A stretch of 64,000 nt of DNA from Schmidtea polychroa (Eukaryota). How positions within the stretch are numbered: the first letter of the stretch is position 1; every line of letters begins with the position of its first letter. The DNA lies in contig CM097886.1 of the NCBI GenBank assembly GCA_044892525.1, positions 60,698,001-60,762,000 of the forward strand, given 5' to 3'. This document shows, piece by piece, positions 49,240 through 62,036 of this stretch. The position numbers were made by a program, and so were the translations under genes. Below the pieces are notes generated by a model. That model did no database searches. It saw only the letters and a list, made by a program, of their open reading frames with translations, and was not told the origin of the DNA.

Positions 49240-50329
49240 AAAAACCGCAAAGTTGAAAAAAATTTATGACCAAGGTTTAATTTAAAATAAATAAAATAAA
49301 CTACATCACACATTAAGAATCAATAAACCCCGTATAATAGAATAAAGAGATAAATAAATTTAACAGAAAATTCAACACTTAAAAATTTAAATAGAAAAAT
49401 AATAAAATATAAAATGGAATTAGTTGAAAATTATTTAAACAATATAAAAATTAAATCGTCAAAAATAATAAAATTAATTAACATTATGTAAATTGTAAAG
49501 TTTATAGAATTAAATGGTTATTTAACTTATTAAATTTAAAGAATAAAAATGTTTAAATTAATAAAAATTAATATAACTCAAATTAGTTAAATTATAAAAT
49601 TTGTAAAATTAAAATTAATAAAAATTAAATAAGAAAATAATTAAATTTATGAAATTAAAACAAATAAATAATTACACACATTCATGCATGTGTGCAAAAT
49701 CAATTCAATAATTCTCGCACTCTGATTGGATAGAGTACGCATTCAAAATCAGTATAAATACTGATCACAAATTCAATTGAAAAACTCTCTTTTTCAACAT
49801 AGCCACTTAATTTGCAGAACTCTCAGTTTCGATTTTATGTCAACGTGGATGTGGTAAATTATTTGTTATTGTTTTTGTAATTCTTATGAAGTATTTTAAT
49901 TAATAAATTTTGTATGTCTCAGTTAAATTTTCTTTAGTAAATTTTTTAATGGTTTAAATTCGTTTAGTTTCAAGTTCTAAATCATAGTTTTATTGAATTC
50001 AATCATATTATTTGTTGATGGTGTCGATGGTCTGGGCTGGGGAAAAGTTTGTGGACGGGCGGCACTACGTGCTGTTGGTCGGCAGATATTTCGCCGGTTG
50101 AGTCCATCGAGTTATAGGACAGTGATAGTGATAGGAATGATTAGGGAGTGTAATGTCATTTTAGGTCGTTTAGGATTTTATTTAGATTTAGATAATGTAG
50201 GTGGCTTAGTCACCTTTATGTTTTATAGACATAAGTGAGTTAGGAGTAAAGATGGAATAGTTGAGACCAGTTGAAGATGGATAAAGTTAGATTTATGTAA
50301 TTTTTCTGACAGCTCAGGATTAGAAACAC

Positions 50330-50830
50330 AGGCAGATCCCTGCTCAAAATCTTTGAAGAACAATTTAAATATTATGGCAAGTGTGGATTAACTTGAAAAT
50401 AAGGGCCAATCCCTGCGCAAATTTTTCAAAGGATAATTTAAATATTGTAGGAAGTGTAGAACAATAATTACTAGCTGGGAAATAAGGACGGATCCCTGCA
50501 CAAAATTTTATAAGAGAACAATTAGAAATACCCGTAATTGAGGACCAACAACGATCCAAAAATAGCATATATAGTGAATAAGGACGTAAGACCTTCTATC
50601 GGCAGTCTAGAACCCGAAAAGAAAATCCAATGGGGAGTAGTTTTAGTAATAGAGCTCACCTGCTCATTGTTTTTTCACCTTTGTGTACAGTACCAACATG
50701 GTCGTCGCCATGGGTACACAAATGGTTTAAATTGCAATAGTCATGGAGGTGCTTAGGAAAGAGTCGAACGATTATGATTACCCTTAACGTATTTTAAATT
50801 GTAAAAAGGACACCCCTAAGTAACCAACAT
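50330..50830 (+). repeat. Unclassified interspersed repeat, copy 2, with three internal gatccctgcNcaaa-type units
   Basis: Homologous to 13250-13740 in inverted orientation. Units near 50335, 50410 and 50490. Confidence 0.75.
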
Positions 50831-51469
50831 CAGCTTGTTGTTGTCTATTTATTTTTCGTTTCCGATATTCATACCCACTCAATTTTTTTGGTGGCATCTT
50901 AGCTATGGCATAAATTTATATAAATATATTATATATTTTCCAATATATTTTTAAAAAATGATCTTAATCTTACCTTACCTCTTATATATTTATATTTTTA
51001 AAACAGAATAGGAATACAAATTTAATTTGAACAAACTGCAACAACACATTAGTTACACACTTGAAACAAAAAAATTGTTAAAAAAAACTGGTAGCTATAG
51101 CTGTTAATTTAACTCGCACATCAGTTTTTGTAATACATATATATAATTTTTTTTTATTTCAATTTTCAATACATATCAGAATTTCTCAGAATTGGAAATT
51201 CGTATATTTTGCATGTACTTTTTTTTTGTTTTTTCTTATTTTCAATTTTTTTTAAAACGGTTTGTTTCATAGATAAATTTCAAAATATAAAGTTTTGGAG
51301 GCTTATTTTATAATTTACTTTGACTGTTTATAATAAATTTTGGCGCCCTCTAATAAAAGGCGCCCTAGGCTATGGCCTAGGTCGCCTGGCCCTTGGGCCG
51401 GGCCTGACTGTAACATATATAAAGAACAAAAAATTAATAAATTATCAAATTATTGAATGTTCAAATCTG

Positions 51470-51840
51470 AAGAAACTGCATCATTCTTGTCACTGGAAAC
51501 CAGATAGAAGAAAGTTGATCAAATTTTTATGATAATGAACCTATTAGTGAAGAGGACAATGCTTTTATTAGTTCATATCTTGAAGAATCTGAGTTCTCAT
51601 ACGAAATAGACGCTCGCACACATAAAGATTCCGTTATTTCTAAAGAAAGCTTATTTGATTATTCAACCAAATATGTAAGAAACAATTTACCTATTTACCA
51701 CACAGGAAGGACTCCCAAAACAAGTAGCAAAAAGAATATCAAACCCATTTGCTTTAAAATATTTATCATTCCAGACATAATTGAGCAGATTCTTACAACT
51801 ACAAATACTGCCCTCAGAATCCTTATCATCGAAGAACTAT
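51470..51840 (+). pseudogene. Possible piggyBac transposase N-terminal remnant
   Basis: Acidic stretch followed by KPICFKIFIIPDIIEQILTTTN, similar to the P..CF.LF....II..IV..TN start of the piggyBac core. Confidence 0.45.
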
Positions 51841-52233
51841 GACTCTGGACTATAGCGAACTCTAAGTCAAAAAAAACGTCAATTATATAATTAGGTATTG
51901 TTTTTTAAAACTTCTTACATTTGTCTCTATCAAAATTAAGGGTTGGAAAATTTGATTATTTTCACAGTCAATAAAAGGGGTTTTACTGTATTTATTGCAT
52001 GAAATTGTCGTTTTGGGATTTTTAAAATCAGAGTCTTTCTATTTCATTGGTTTAATCTTTGACGTCCTTGCCATAATTGGAAACGGTAAAATTTAGATTG
52101 GAAAGTATTTATTAGTAAAAAATGAAATAAAATTATAAATTTTGAAATAATTTATTAAAAAATACAGAATTCTACAATTATTTGATTCTAATTTGGAGAA
52201 AGACATTTTGATATTGCGAATTTTATTACGGTG

Positions 52234-53673
52234 TTACGGCTGAGAATCATTGATAACTGACGACCTACGAAACGAATTGCGCCTCGAAGTCTGATTAGGC
52301 CGTTTTTGTTTTAATCTACTTGTACAACTATGGGAAATCTGGCTATCATTTGAATTTATGGAATGCCTAGGTTTGAAATCACAATCTGATTGTAGGATAG
52401 GTACTTGAATAATTTCATTGTTACTATTTCCATTCGATAATTGAACATAGACTTGTTGGTCGTCTAATCCAGTCTCTCGATTGTAGAAATAATTGAAATT
52501 CGACACGATAACGGGAACAGGAAGAGCGATTGTAAGTACTCCAGCGATGGCACATAAACTACCTACTAATTTTCCCCACATCGTAACAGGATGCATGTCT
52601 CCATACCCGACAGTTGTCATTGTAACAACTGCCCACCAAAATCCATCAGGAATGCTACGAAAGAAAGTTCCATCTGTATCAGATTCGACAAAATACACAG
52701 CACTACTAAATAAAATAACACATATCAATAGAAAGAATATCAGAAGACCCAATTCTTGAGTGCTGGCTTTTAGTGTTTTACCTAACACTTGCAAACCTTT
52801 GGAATGGCGGGATAGTTTGAAGATTCGAAAAACTCTTACTAATCGAATGACTCGTAAAATAGCAAGAGATGTGGCTTGGTTACTTGTGCCATTATCACTA
52901 ACAAGTGCTGTACCAAGGGTTATGAAATAAGGCATTATAGCAACGATATCGATGAGATTCATTATATTTTTAAAGAAACCAAACTTTTCTGGAGCTGAAG
53001 AAAATCTGATTAATAACTCAAAAGTAAACCAAACAATACAGCAAGTTTCAATGATAAAAAACGGTTCAGAAAACCTTGGAATTGATTCCTCTTCGACTTC
53101 AATGGTGTCTTCTGGATCTGTTGATATGGTTTTGTTAATGATTCGATAATTTCGAAACACGGGTAAAGTTTCCACACAAAATATTATGATCGACATGACT
53201 ATGACAGTGACAGATATAATTGCCACAAATCTGGCAGGCATCGAACTCTCTGGATACTCAAACAACAACCAAACCTTTCTTTGCATTTCATTTTCCGGCA
53301 ATAATTTTACTTGTTCTTTCACAAAACCCTCATTTTCTCGGTATAGATCAATCGCTTCTTGACCCAATTCAAAAAATCGAATTTCCTCCAAAAATATATC
53401 AATCGGCACATTGACTGGCCGTCTCAGTCGGCCTTGGCTTTGATAAAAATACAAAATCGAATCAAAACTCGATCGGTTTCGGTCAAAAAAATATTCATTC
53501 TTAACTGCATCGTAGTATTTGTTTCGTTTGTTTTCGTTTCCCAACAAAGTATTGGGATATCTGTTAATGGTCGAGAGATATGTTTCAAAAATCAGTCCAC
53601 TGACATTAATGATAAGCCGTTCCTTGTCTGAACTGACGACATTCGGTTGAGATTTCTTTGAATCTTCTTTCAT
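52234..53673 (-). CDS. Shaker: Shaker-type voltage-gated potassium channel (Kv1/KCNA family), 479 aa, uninterrupted CDS
   Basis: T1 domain ([14 protein letters not shown]...[43 protein letters not shown]). S4 [24 protein letters not shown]. Pore [16 protein letters not shown]6 [14 protein letters not shown]. Confidence 0.98.
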   Translation of the reverse strand: MKEDSKKSQPNVVSSDKERLIINVSGLIFETYLSTINRYPNTLLGNENKRNKYYDAVKNEYFFDRNRSSFDSILYFYQSQGRLRRPVNVPIDIFLEEIRFFELGQEAIDLYRENEGFVKEQVKLLPENEMQRKVWLLFEYPESSMPARFVAIISVTVIVMSIIIFCVETLPVFRNYRIINKTISTDPEDTIEVEEESIPRFSEPFFIIETCCIVWFTFELLIRFSSAPEKFGFFKNIMNLIDIVAIMPYFITLGTALVSDNGTSNQATSLAILRVIRLVRVFRIFKLSRHSKGLQVLGKTLKASTQELGLLIFFLLICVILFSSAVYFVESDTDGTFFRSIPDGFWWAVVTMTTVGYGDMHPVTMWGKLVGSLCAIAGVLTIALPVPVIVSNFNYFYNRETGLDDQQVYVQLSNGNSNNEIIQVPILQSDCDFKPRHSINSNDSQISHSCTSRLKQKRPNQTSRRNSFRRSSVINDSQP

Positions 53674-53741
53674 TTGTTGCTGATATTTTTCTCGAAAATA
53701 TATAAAAATTAGATGAATTTGTGAGTTGAAATAGACAAATT

Positions 53742-53770
53742 TGTTGTCGTTGTCGTTGTCGTTGTTGTCG

Positions 53771-53807
<37 letters not shown>
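53742..53807. repeat. (GTT)n/(GTC)n microsatellite upstream of the Shaker start codon
   Basis: Direct reading of the sequence. Confidence 0.95.
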
Positions 53808-53809
<2 letters not shown>

Positions 53810-54570
53810 TTTATGTCTTTTCTCTGCTCACGACCGATTGATGAGTTAGGAAATTGAATTCAAAATTTGTTTTCGATGATTAACAACGAAACTTTGATCG
53901 AAATCAAACTCGAATAAATTATCCATTTGGAAATGAAAAATGTGAAACTGTGCAGAAAAATTTTCACTTAAATCTCCCACCCAATTACTGTGCTGATTTT
54001 CAATTTGAACAGATCAAACCAATTCGTCATCCTATCTCCTATCGATCCTGTGCACACATGCACCGTGCGCTTTTCCTAGCCTGGGATTGGAGTTGTTATC
54101 GTTTGATGTTTGAGTATTGCCATGCCCGGCTGGAGGTATTATTACTTTATTTATAGAATTACTAGCTCAACGGGAATCTATTTCAGATAATAATTCCATT
54201 TTCTAAGGCACATTTAATGATTCTCCCGCCTGTTTGTGCATGCACACTTCTCTATCATATTCAATATTTCAAAAACAATGAATTAATTTGAGTCATTTAT
54301 TTACATTTGATAATTGTCCATTTTTCCAATCAATCAATTGTGCAATTACTGTGACATTTATTGATAAATTCTCCAGTTTTCCCAAAAATAGAATATTTTA
54401 ATCTATCGGCTTATTGAAAATGAAAGTGCAATTAATGTATAAAATTCAATTTTGCCTTGATTGATTTTCAGAATTATCACAAGTGCTTTTCGGTCGATTA
54501 ACTAATCAATAAAATGTGCAGAATTTTAAGAAGTGCTAAATCAATTTCATTTAGGCACTGTGAATTTATA

Positions 54571-54781
54571 NNNNNNNNNNNNNNNNNNNNNNNNNNNNNN
54601 NNNNNNNNNNNNNNNNNNNNNNNNNNNNNNNNNNNNNNNNNNNNNNNNNNNNNNNNNNNNNNNNNNNNNNNNNNNNNNNNNNNNNNNNNNNNNNNNNNNN
54701 NNNNNNNNNNNNNNNNNNNNNNNNNNNNNNNNNNNNNNNNNNNNNNNNNNNNNNNNNNNNNNNNNNNNNNNNNNNNNNNNN
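54571..54781. other. Assembly gap (N run)
   Basis: 211 Ns. Confidence 1.
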
Positions 54782-55489
54782 TCCATAGTTATACCTTTTC
54801 CGTGCTGTTTCCAATGTTAGCCAGAATACAACGATTTCCTAACACTCGAAATCTGTTGAATGATAAACTTTGATAATGTTTCAAATGAACGAATGTTAGT
54901 GAAAGGCGAATTCACTCTTGTGAACTATAAATAGCTAACATTATCGTGGGTCAAAGGACTATTGATGGAAGATGTGTGTCCGATTTGTTTCACGGTCCCC
55001 ACTGTCGATTGACGACCAACGGAAAACATAAGAATTGTAAGAAAATTAGATCTACATACATCAGTTAAATTTTATTTTACACAAAAGTAGGCTATTTGTC
55101 ATAATTTTAATTAAATTGTGAATGGACTTTTCATTCTTGTTCATGGCTCTAAAATCCAAAATTCATTTTAATTATGTTAATTCATTTCTTAATTCAAACA
55201 CATTTATTTCAAAATATTAAAACACTCAAAAAATTCCAAAAGTAACATTTATATTGGCAAAAAAAATTATCTCAAATTTTGAAAATCCGTTAAATAATAT
55301 TAATTTTCCTCTTATTTCCAAAAAATATTTAAAATTTTAAAATTATAATATTCTAGACAATAGCTATAACAAAATAAATGTTTAAGCACTTAGAATTAAC
55401 AAATACTGAACTTAATTTACTTTTCAACGTGTATAATTTTTCAAAACTTTTAATGAAATATAATAAATTGCCTTTGTTATTTTAAAATT

Positions 55490-55604
55490 TCTCTGTGTTA
55501 CGTAACAAAATATTTAACCGCCTCCTTCCCCTGTAACTCTCCGTAACAAATTTCAAGATCACCCCTCCTTCTTAAACGTTGCGTAATTTAAGAACGTTTC
55601 CTAA
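55490..55604. mobile_element. Right-end fragment of a PIF/Harbinger-like MITE
   Basis: gttacgtaaca...cccctcc...cgttgcgtaatttaagaacgtttcctaa resembles the common ...cgttacgtaatttatgaacggcccct terminus. Left end not found. Confidence 0.4.
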
Positions 55605-58358
55605 CTCTATTCGTAAAATTGCGTTCTGAAATAGTTCCCACTAGTTGTCAAAAATTTAATTACAGCAGCAACCAACTCCCATACGGACGAACTAAAGAAT
55701 AAACCGTTGATCCAACTTAAATACATACTACTAAAAAATTATCGAAAACTGCTGTTAGATAAAGTAAAAAAATCTTGCATGTTAATAAATAAAAATTACG
55801 TTTGTAAGATTTTAATTCTTTGAAATCGCTCTGTCCACTGGACTTTTGGAGAAAATTTATCGATCAATCTCAATTATTTTTTATCTCATGTTCGTTGCTT
55901 CGCATTACTGTTGTTATTCTCAATTGAGACACTTATTAATTTATTTAATTTCAATTATTATTTTTCTTGCATTATTGTTGTGATTGGTCTTCGTCGTATT
56001 TTAATTGCTTACCTCGCCTTGTCGTTTGACTTCAGTGAGACGAACCCTAGTGTAGTGTAATTAAGATGACGTCTCGCCACTAAATTAACTCGCAATGACT
56101 ATGCCAGCCTCCACTGAATAAATTTCCACACAACTCTATGGATCGGACCATACAGTAATGTGGTGCCCCTGGTGTAAGAAAAAATCTTTCATTTTAGTTC
56201 CATGTCAAGTCATAGACCCGTCATCACTGAGTGTTGTGGATCCAATAACGATGATGAATACATTAAATGCAAAACTGGTGATATTCATGCGCATGGTTAT
56301 GAATGCAAGCAATCATGGTTATTCTTGCTCAGTTTAAAACAAAAAGAATCAACAAAACAAAAAATTAAATTAGATAAAGCAATTTATAACTATAATAAAA
56401 TCATAATAAAATCAGAAAAGTCTTATTATCTCAGAATATCGATTTGAAGTAACACAATAAAAATTGTTTGGCATAAAGAATGAAAAGTGACTGAACTGTG
56501 TCGGTATATATACCCTATTTTTTGTATGCGAGTTTGTGTACATGAATTAGTGCAGTAAAACAAATTCGAATTATCTTAATTCTAGAACATTCAATTTTTA
56601 ATTTTGACTTGTGCAATATTTTTTGTTTCTATTTTTAAAATTTTATTTTTGAATTATTTTTTATTAAATTTGCCTCCATGATGGATATGGGCATTTCTAG
56701 AACATTCCATGTTAAATTTAATCTATTTCTTATTTTTTAATGGTTTTTTGTGAAATATTTTCGAAAATTCTTTTATTTTAAACTAAAATATTTATTTTGT
56801 ATAAATTTTATTGGATCGTTTGGCGACCTCGATGGATCTCACCATTTTTATGGATTGTTCTGGATCTTATTCAAAATTTTAATATAATTTTCTTTACTTT
56901 TTTTTCTAATCGCCTTTATTCGAATTTGTTTTTTTTGTTGTTTTATGTTTTAGGTAGATTTTCGTACAATACTTCTTGCAGATTTTAATTTATTATTATT
57001 TGGATGTTTTAAGTTTTGTGTGTTTATTATTTATTATTGTTTACTTGGTGTTTTTATATGTTTCAATTTAAGTAAACTTAATGCTGGTTATGCGTGTTGT
57101 GTACCGACAAATTTCCTCATTATTCTAACTCGTGGGTCTATAAATCAGCTCTAGCCCAATAGAAACGAGCTCTCGATTTTTTGAATCTACCCCAACAAAA
57201 CTATTAAGTCAGTTTGATAATTAAAATATGTTTTTCAAAACGAAATTACTGATGAATAGTTTATCACTTTCTCAAATAAATCTAATTTTTGTTTCATTGT
57301 CTAAGATTATAGTTTTCTTGAAGTTAGAAAGTTTTCTTATATTCACCTTTTTTGTGGTGAAGGGATAACTTTATTGACCTTCCCAAGCTAAATTTATTCA
57401 AATTACATTTTAGTATTTAACAGAGTATAACAGTTTTAAAAGAAATACTTGATTTTAGGATAACATTAATATAAAAGCACCTGACTAACGTATATGATTC
57501 CTTAGTTTCAAGTAAACCGGACGTCTTCTACCATTCTTCATATAGTAAAAACTAATTTCTAATTTACGCAAACACAGGAATAACAATGTAGCATATGTAG
57601 CCAAATTTTGAACTTTTATTTCAATTAAATATTCTAAATAATTAATATAATGACAATAATGAAAATAAATAGACATTAAAGAAAAAATAAAACAAACTAA
57701 ATTCACGAAAAGAAAATACCTCAAAACTAATGACAAAAATAAAAAAAAAAGAAAAATTATTTCCCGATCAGTCGTAGGTCGACAACTGTCAGTATATTTA
57801 TTTTACCAGTAAAAGCCAATGCTTTATTCTTTGGTTGAGAAAAATTAATTTGCAAATAATTTTAACAAATAAGAGGAATTATTTCCAAAAATAAAGTTTT
57901 CCAGAAAAATGATTTGGGTCTCCCTGGTTGTGCCGAAATTCCAAGTGTATAATATATAGCACTATGAAACATACTATCGCATTGAAACGTCACCCAATGG
58001 TAATAATAAAATTATTCCTTGAAAATTAACACAGAAGTCAAATTTAATTACAAAAATATACAAATTCATTAGCAAAATCAAACCAGAGATTTAAAACACA
58101 CTTTCTACTATTTTTTTATCAGTAAAAGTGCAAAATTCAAAACTTTAGCACATCTGTTTATTCGTGACAAATTCAAACAGAAAATTAGTCTGACTTTATT
58201 CGGAAAAAAATCCCATTGCAAAAATATTTTTATATAGATTTGTCAATAAAACATCAAATAACATATTTATTCTTTTTCAATATTTAAGCTTGTTTCAAAA
58301 AAGATTATAAGGATTCAAGAAAAGACAAAAAAACATTGATGGATTTAGTAAATATTTA

Positions 58359-59741
58359 ATGGGAAATGTTTGGTGTTGTCGTCCGAATAGCTTTATTATT
58401 GACTATACTCATAGGAAAGTTGTGATCTCTCAAGGAGTTCAATGTACATTGTTAATGCCCGCGTCTAATTGTCCCCATATTTGTATTAATAAACCCCTAT
58501 GTACACCTCAGAGACATTGTCAATGTGGAATTAATGTAGGCTGTGGTGATTCTAGAATTAATGAGGTTAAGGAAAGCGTTACGAAAGACTACTTGAATTC
58601 TCCACGGAAAACTTTGAAATCAAAAATCAAAAAATCAAATGAGACATATCTTCCTGAACATCCCGATGCATTGGTCAGTTTATCGGAAACGTTTTCTGAA
58701 TCTTCACTGGAAGAATTTTTGTCAAGAAAACGATTATCACAACAAATCAAACCGAATTTGACAAAAGAAATTCACACTAAACTTCTTTGCTTGCCAGAAA
58801 TCGAAACGAGTGAATTATTAAACTCTTCCTTTCATAAACCAATAAACAATTCATCGGAAGCTGTTAATAAATTCATCAATAATAAACGGAGTCGTAGGAA
58901 AAATCGAACCAAAAAACGAAGAAAATCCGGTAAACGAAACAATACAGATACCTCATCCAACAATTCTTTGTCGACAAACCATTCGGGAGTAAACAATCTC
59001 AATCAAGATCTGAATAATTCAGCCGAAACAACTTCGATAGAAGATTCGAAAAAGACAAATGATACTATGTATAGTCTTGTTACTCCGAAAAAATCTATCC
59101 TCAAAAATAACGACCTCAATAAAGAAATAGTTGATGAAAATCGTGATGAAACTGAAAAACGTAACCAAAACATTGCACTGAATAGCCCATTGGAGAAGCA
59201 TGGGAATTTGTCACTGCATTCGGATAAATATTCTAACGGTTCTCTACCCCATAGGTCGCTGTCAGCGATGAGCAATCATGATTCGCTCGACCAGTTGATG
59301 TCCTTATTGAAATCGTCAACTTTCGCGATATCCGATGAAGGTCCAATTAACAAACCGAACAAATCAAAGTCAAATGAATGCATAAATAAGTCGGTAAACT
59401 TCACCACGGACGTTACAAACATAAAACCGTTCAATGAATTGCAACCAAAACCAATTGCAAAGACCGGATATCAAATTCAAACGGATGGGAAAATAAAAAA
59501 ACGTTTGATTCTGAGAGAAACCCACAAATTATTTGACATTCTTAATGATCCCAACGATAGGCGGATTCGAGCTATTTGCGACAGGTATCAGTGTGATTTG
59601 GAAATCTTCGTTAGGCCACCAAAGATAGGTCTTATGTATTTTGCGGTAGAGATATTGGCACCGGATAAGTACTCTCTTAGAATGTGCGTGAGAGAATTAG
59701 ACTCTTCAATGAAATGGTGCATATCTTCACAGCTATTTTAA
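58359..59741 (+). CDS. 460-aa uncharacterised protein (MGNVWCC N-terminus, low-complexity middle, KH-like C-terminal domain)
   Basis: Long uninterrupted ATG-initiated ORF with coding-like composition. The last ~80 aa are predicted globular (RLILRETHKLFDILNDPNDRRIRAICDRYQCDLEIF...AVEILAPDKYSLRMCVRELD). Confidence 0.8.
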   Translation: MGNVWCCRPNSFIIDYTHRKVVISQGVQCTLLMPASNCPHICINKPLCTPQRHCQCGINVGCGDSRINEVKESVTKDYLNSPRKTLKSKIKKSNETYLPEHPDALVSLSETFSESSLEEFLSRKRLSQQIKPNLTKEIHTKLLCLPEIETSELLNSSFHKPINNSSEAVNKFINNKRSRRKNRTKKRRKSGKRNNTDTSSNNSLSTNHSGVNNLNQDLNNSAETTSIEDSKKTNDTMYSLVTPKKSILKNNDLNKEIVDENRDETEKRNQNIALNSPLEKHGNLSLHSDKYSNGSLPHRSLSAMSNHDSLDQLMSLLKSSTFAISDEGPINKPNKSKSNECINKSVNFTTDVTNIKPFNELQPKPIAKTGYQIQTDGKIKKRLILRETHKLFDILNDPNDRRIRAICDRYQCDLEIFVRPPKIGLMYFAVEILAPDKYSLRMCVRELDSSMKWCISSQLF

Positions 59742-60454
59742 ATGTTTTCTGTATTTCAAAGATAGAATATTAAGAAATATTAACGGTTTTATATTTGATC
59801 ATGAAAAATTATTACAATACATCATATTATAATTTTTCATATTTTAAATCGGTGAAATCGAGAATTTTTTTAATTTAGATTTTGCTTAGTCCATGAAAAT
59901 TCCTATTGACATTAAAGTGGAAATAATAAAATTAATAGAAATTGAAAGTATATGGGATAGCAATAGAATGAGGACGGTGAGTAAATATAATAGATATTAA
60001 TGGTTCATAAAGTCATTTTTCGAAAGTCATTATCAAACCAGAAAGCTAGAGGGGCTTCGGAAAACGAGAAGAATAGAATCGGGACAGAAGAAGGATATCG
60101 TGAAAGTTATTGCAATCGATATAAACGGTTAGTGTTATGTAATAATATCTTTACCTTACTGCCATCATCGTTAAAAGGTTACAAACCTTTTTCTACATCG
60201 ATTCTACCAAAACGGATTTTCTTAAATAACAAATATTAAAATCAACTTGGATTAGACTCCTAGTATTGATAAACGTGTTTGAATAAAAAATAGAAAATTC
60301 GGGTTAGAAATGTCAAAATTGCCTACAACTTCGATAAGATTTAGGAGAGCAAAGTTAGGGAAATATTTTATATGAAAGATTTTGAATTCTTGGAAGAAAT
60401 ATTGAAGCAAAAAAATTATTTATTGTGATTTTCAAATCTGAAGATCGAGAAATA

Positions 60455-61934
60455 TAGGGTTTTCCGACCTATTTAGACACTTTAACGATCAAATTAGACA
60501 TTTCAAAAAAGTGATATATATTTCACAATCAATTTAGACAATTTTCCAATCAATTTAGACAATAAAATTAAGAATAAGTTTGGCAAATCCACAACATTTT
60601 TATTCATATATCAATTCCATATTTCTACTTCTTTCGATATAAGTTAACATTCTCCTGAAATACCCTCCACAATCTTCGCTTGTTAGGATGCCATAATCAA
60701 ATCATTTAATTCATTTTCGTTGTTTGCATTACCTCTGAGCACATGATTCTTCCATTTACTGAAACAATTCTCAATAATGTTAAGAAATGGAGAGTAGGGG
60801 GGTAGATATACAACTTTGATGTTTTCAGCTTCACATATGGAAATAAAACGAGCACAATGATGTATATGAGCGTTGTCGATGATAAAAATTGGATCTGTAA
60901 TTCCTTTGTTTATCGATAAATTGTTTAACTCTACCATATAACTCAAAAATTTCTCCCCGTTTATAGGACATGGATTTATTTCATACTTTAGAGTTCCATA
61001 CTTTGATACTGCTGCAATAACGGAAATGTTGCGAGATCTTGTCGCCGGTGTATTTACAATGACACTTGTACCAACTAAACTCCTCCCTCGTTTGACTCTT
61101 GTGCAAACCTGGAACCCAACTTCATCCACAAATACAAATGCTTTATCATCATTATTTAAAAGCATACTTAAAAATCTCTCAGCGTAGATACGTCTCTTCT
61201 CCAATGTCGTAGGATCGTTTCTCTTAACTGGTGAAAGTGTTACGCATTTCAAAGTATAATGGAAATTGCGTAAACAACGATCAATGGTGGGGATAGATAC
61301 ATTTTTCCCAATATTATTTATCGTCATCTCAACCAAGTTTTTCAGTGTCAGAATTGGGTTTTCATCAACCCATTCTTTAATAGTTTGTTTTTCACTCGGC
61401 GTCAATTTCGATCTTTTATCGCCGCCCCTTTTCAGTGGTGTTATTCTTCCTTCAGATTCCCAACTTTTTACGATATTATATACACTTGTTCTTTTAATTG
61501 CGATCATTTCAGATATGCTGGAAATCGTAATGTTCTGAGAATAAAGCGAAATCACACGCTCTCTTGCGTGCTGGTCAATTGTATCATACTTTTTTACACG
61601 CGAATCTACACTGACAGTCGTTTCCAATTCAACAGAGGCATTATTTGATTCGTCCCTCACAGCATTCACCCCCGGGGATGAGGGCTCGTTTGTGTCAATA
61701 ACGTTATTGTTTATGTGCCGGTCATTTACGTCATTTACCGCTGTTTCTTCGTTATTATTCATGGGTATCAAATGCAGAGGGAATGTAGACATATTTTAAA
61801 TTGTTTAATAAGTATTCTTTAATTGATTGTCTAAATTGATTGGAAAATTGTCTAAATTGATTGTGAAATATATATCACTTTTGTGAAATGTCTAATTTGA
61901 TCGTTAAAGTGTCTAAATAGGTCGGAAAACCCTA
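60455..61934 (-). mobile_element. Tc1/IS630-family DD34E transposon with 109-bp TIRs
   Basis: TIRs 60455-60563 and 61826-61934 differ at one base. TA TSD on both sides. Confidence 0.95.
60683..61792 (-). CDS. Tc1/IS630-like transposase (369 aa, C-terminus frameshifted)
   Basis: HTH region, FVDEVGF, IFIIDNAHIH and YLPPYSPFLNIIENCFSKWK (D-34-E spacing). The expected tail LTSEDCGGYFRRMLTYIERS... lies in another frame past the stop. Confidence 0.92.
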   Translation of the reverse strand: MSTFPLHLIPMNNNEETAVNDVNDRHINNNVIDTNEPSSPGVNAVRDESNNASVELETTVSVDSRVKKYDTIDQHARERVISLYSQNITISSISEMIAIKRTSVYNIVKSWESEGRITPLKRGGDKRSKLTPSEKQTIKEWVDENPILTLKNLVEMTINNIGKNVSIPTIDRCLRNFHYTLKCVTLSPVKRNDPTTLEKRRIYAERFLSMLLNNDDKAFVFVDEVGFQVCTRVKRGRSLVGTSVIVNTPATRSRNISVIAAVSKYGTLKYEINPCPINGEKFLSYMVELNNLSINKGITDPIFIIDNAHIHHCARFISICEAENIKVVYLPPYSPFLNIIENCFSKWKNHVLRGNANNENELNDLIMAS

Positions 61935-62036
61935 TAATATTTCTTAGCAAAATATCATTTAATATTATTAATTTTTCAATTAAAAATGTCTTCATATAAT
62001 TTTCATTTATAACTTATTTATAATTATAGTTTCAAT

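Larger units (their letters stand above)
46586..51406 (-). mobile_element. Nearly intact 4.8-kb hAT element (ZMYM1-like)
   Basis: Perfect 8-bp TSD ACTGTAAC (46578-46585, 51407-51414). Imperfect termini CAGCGCCGGTTC and CAGGCCCGGCCC. Contains the transposase ORFs and a nested repeat. Confidence 0.92.

Noticed and set aside
56202-56447. Tetraspanin-like CCG motif in an 81-aa ORF
   Set aside because: No transmembrane exons or supporting splice structure were found.
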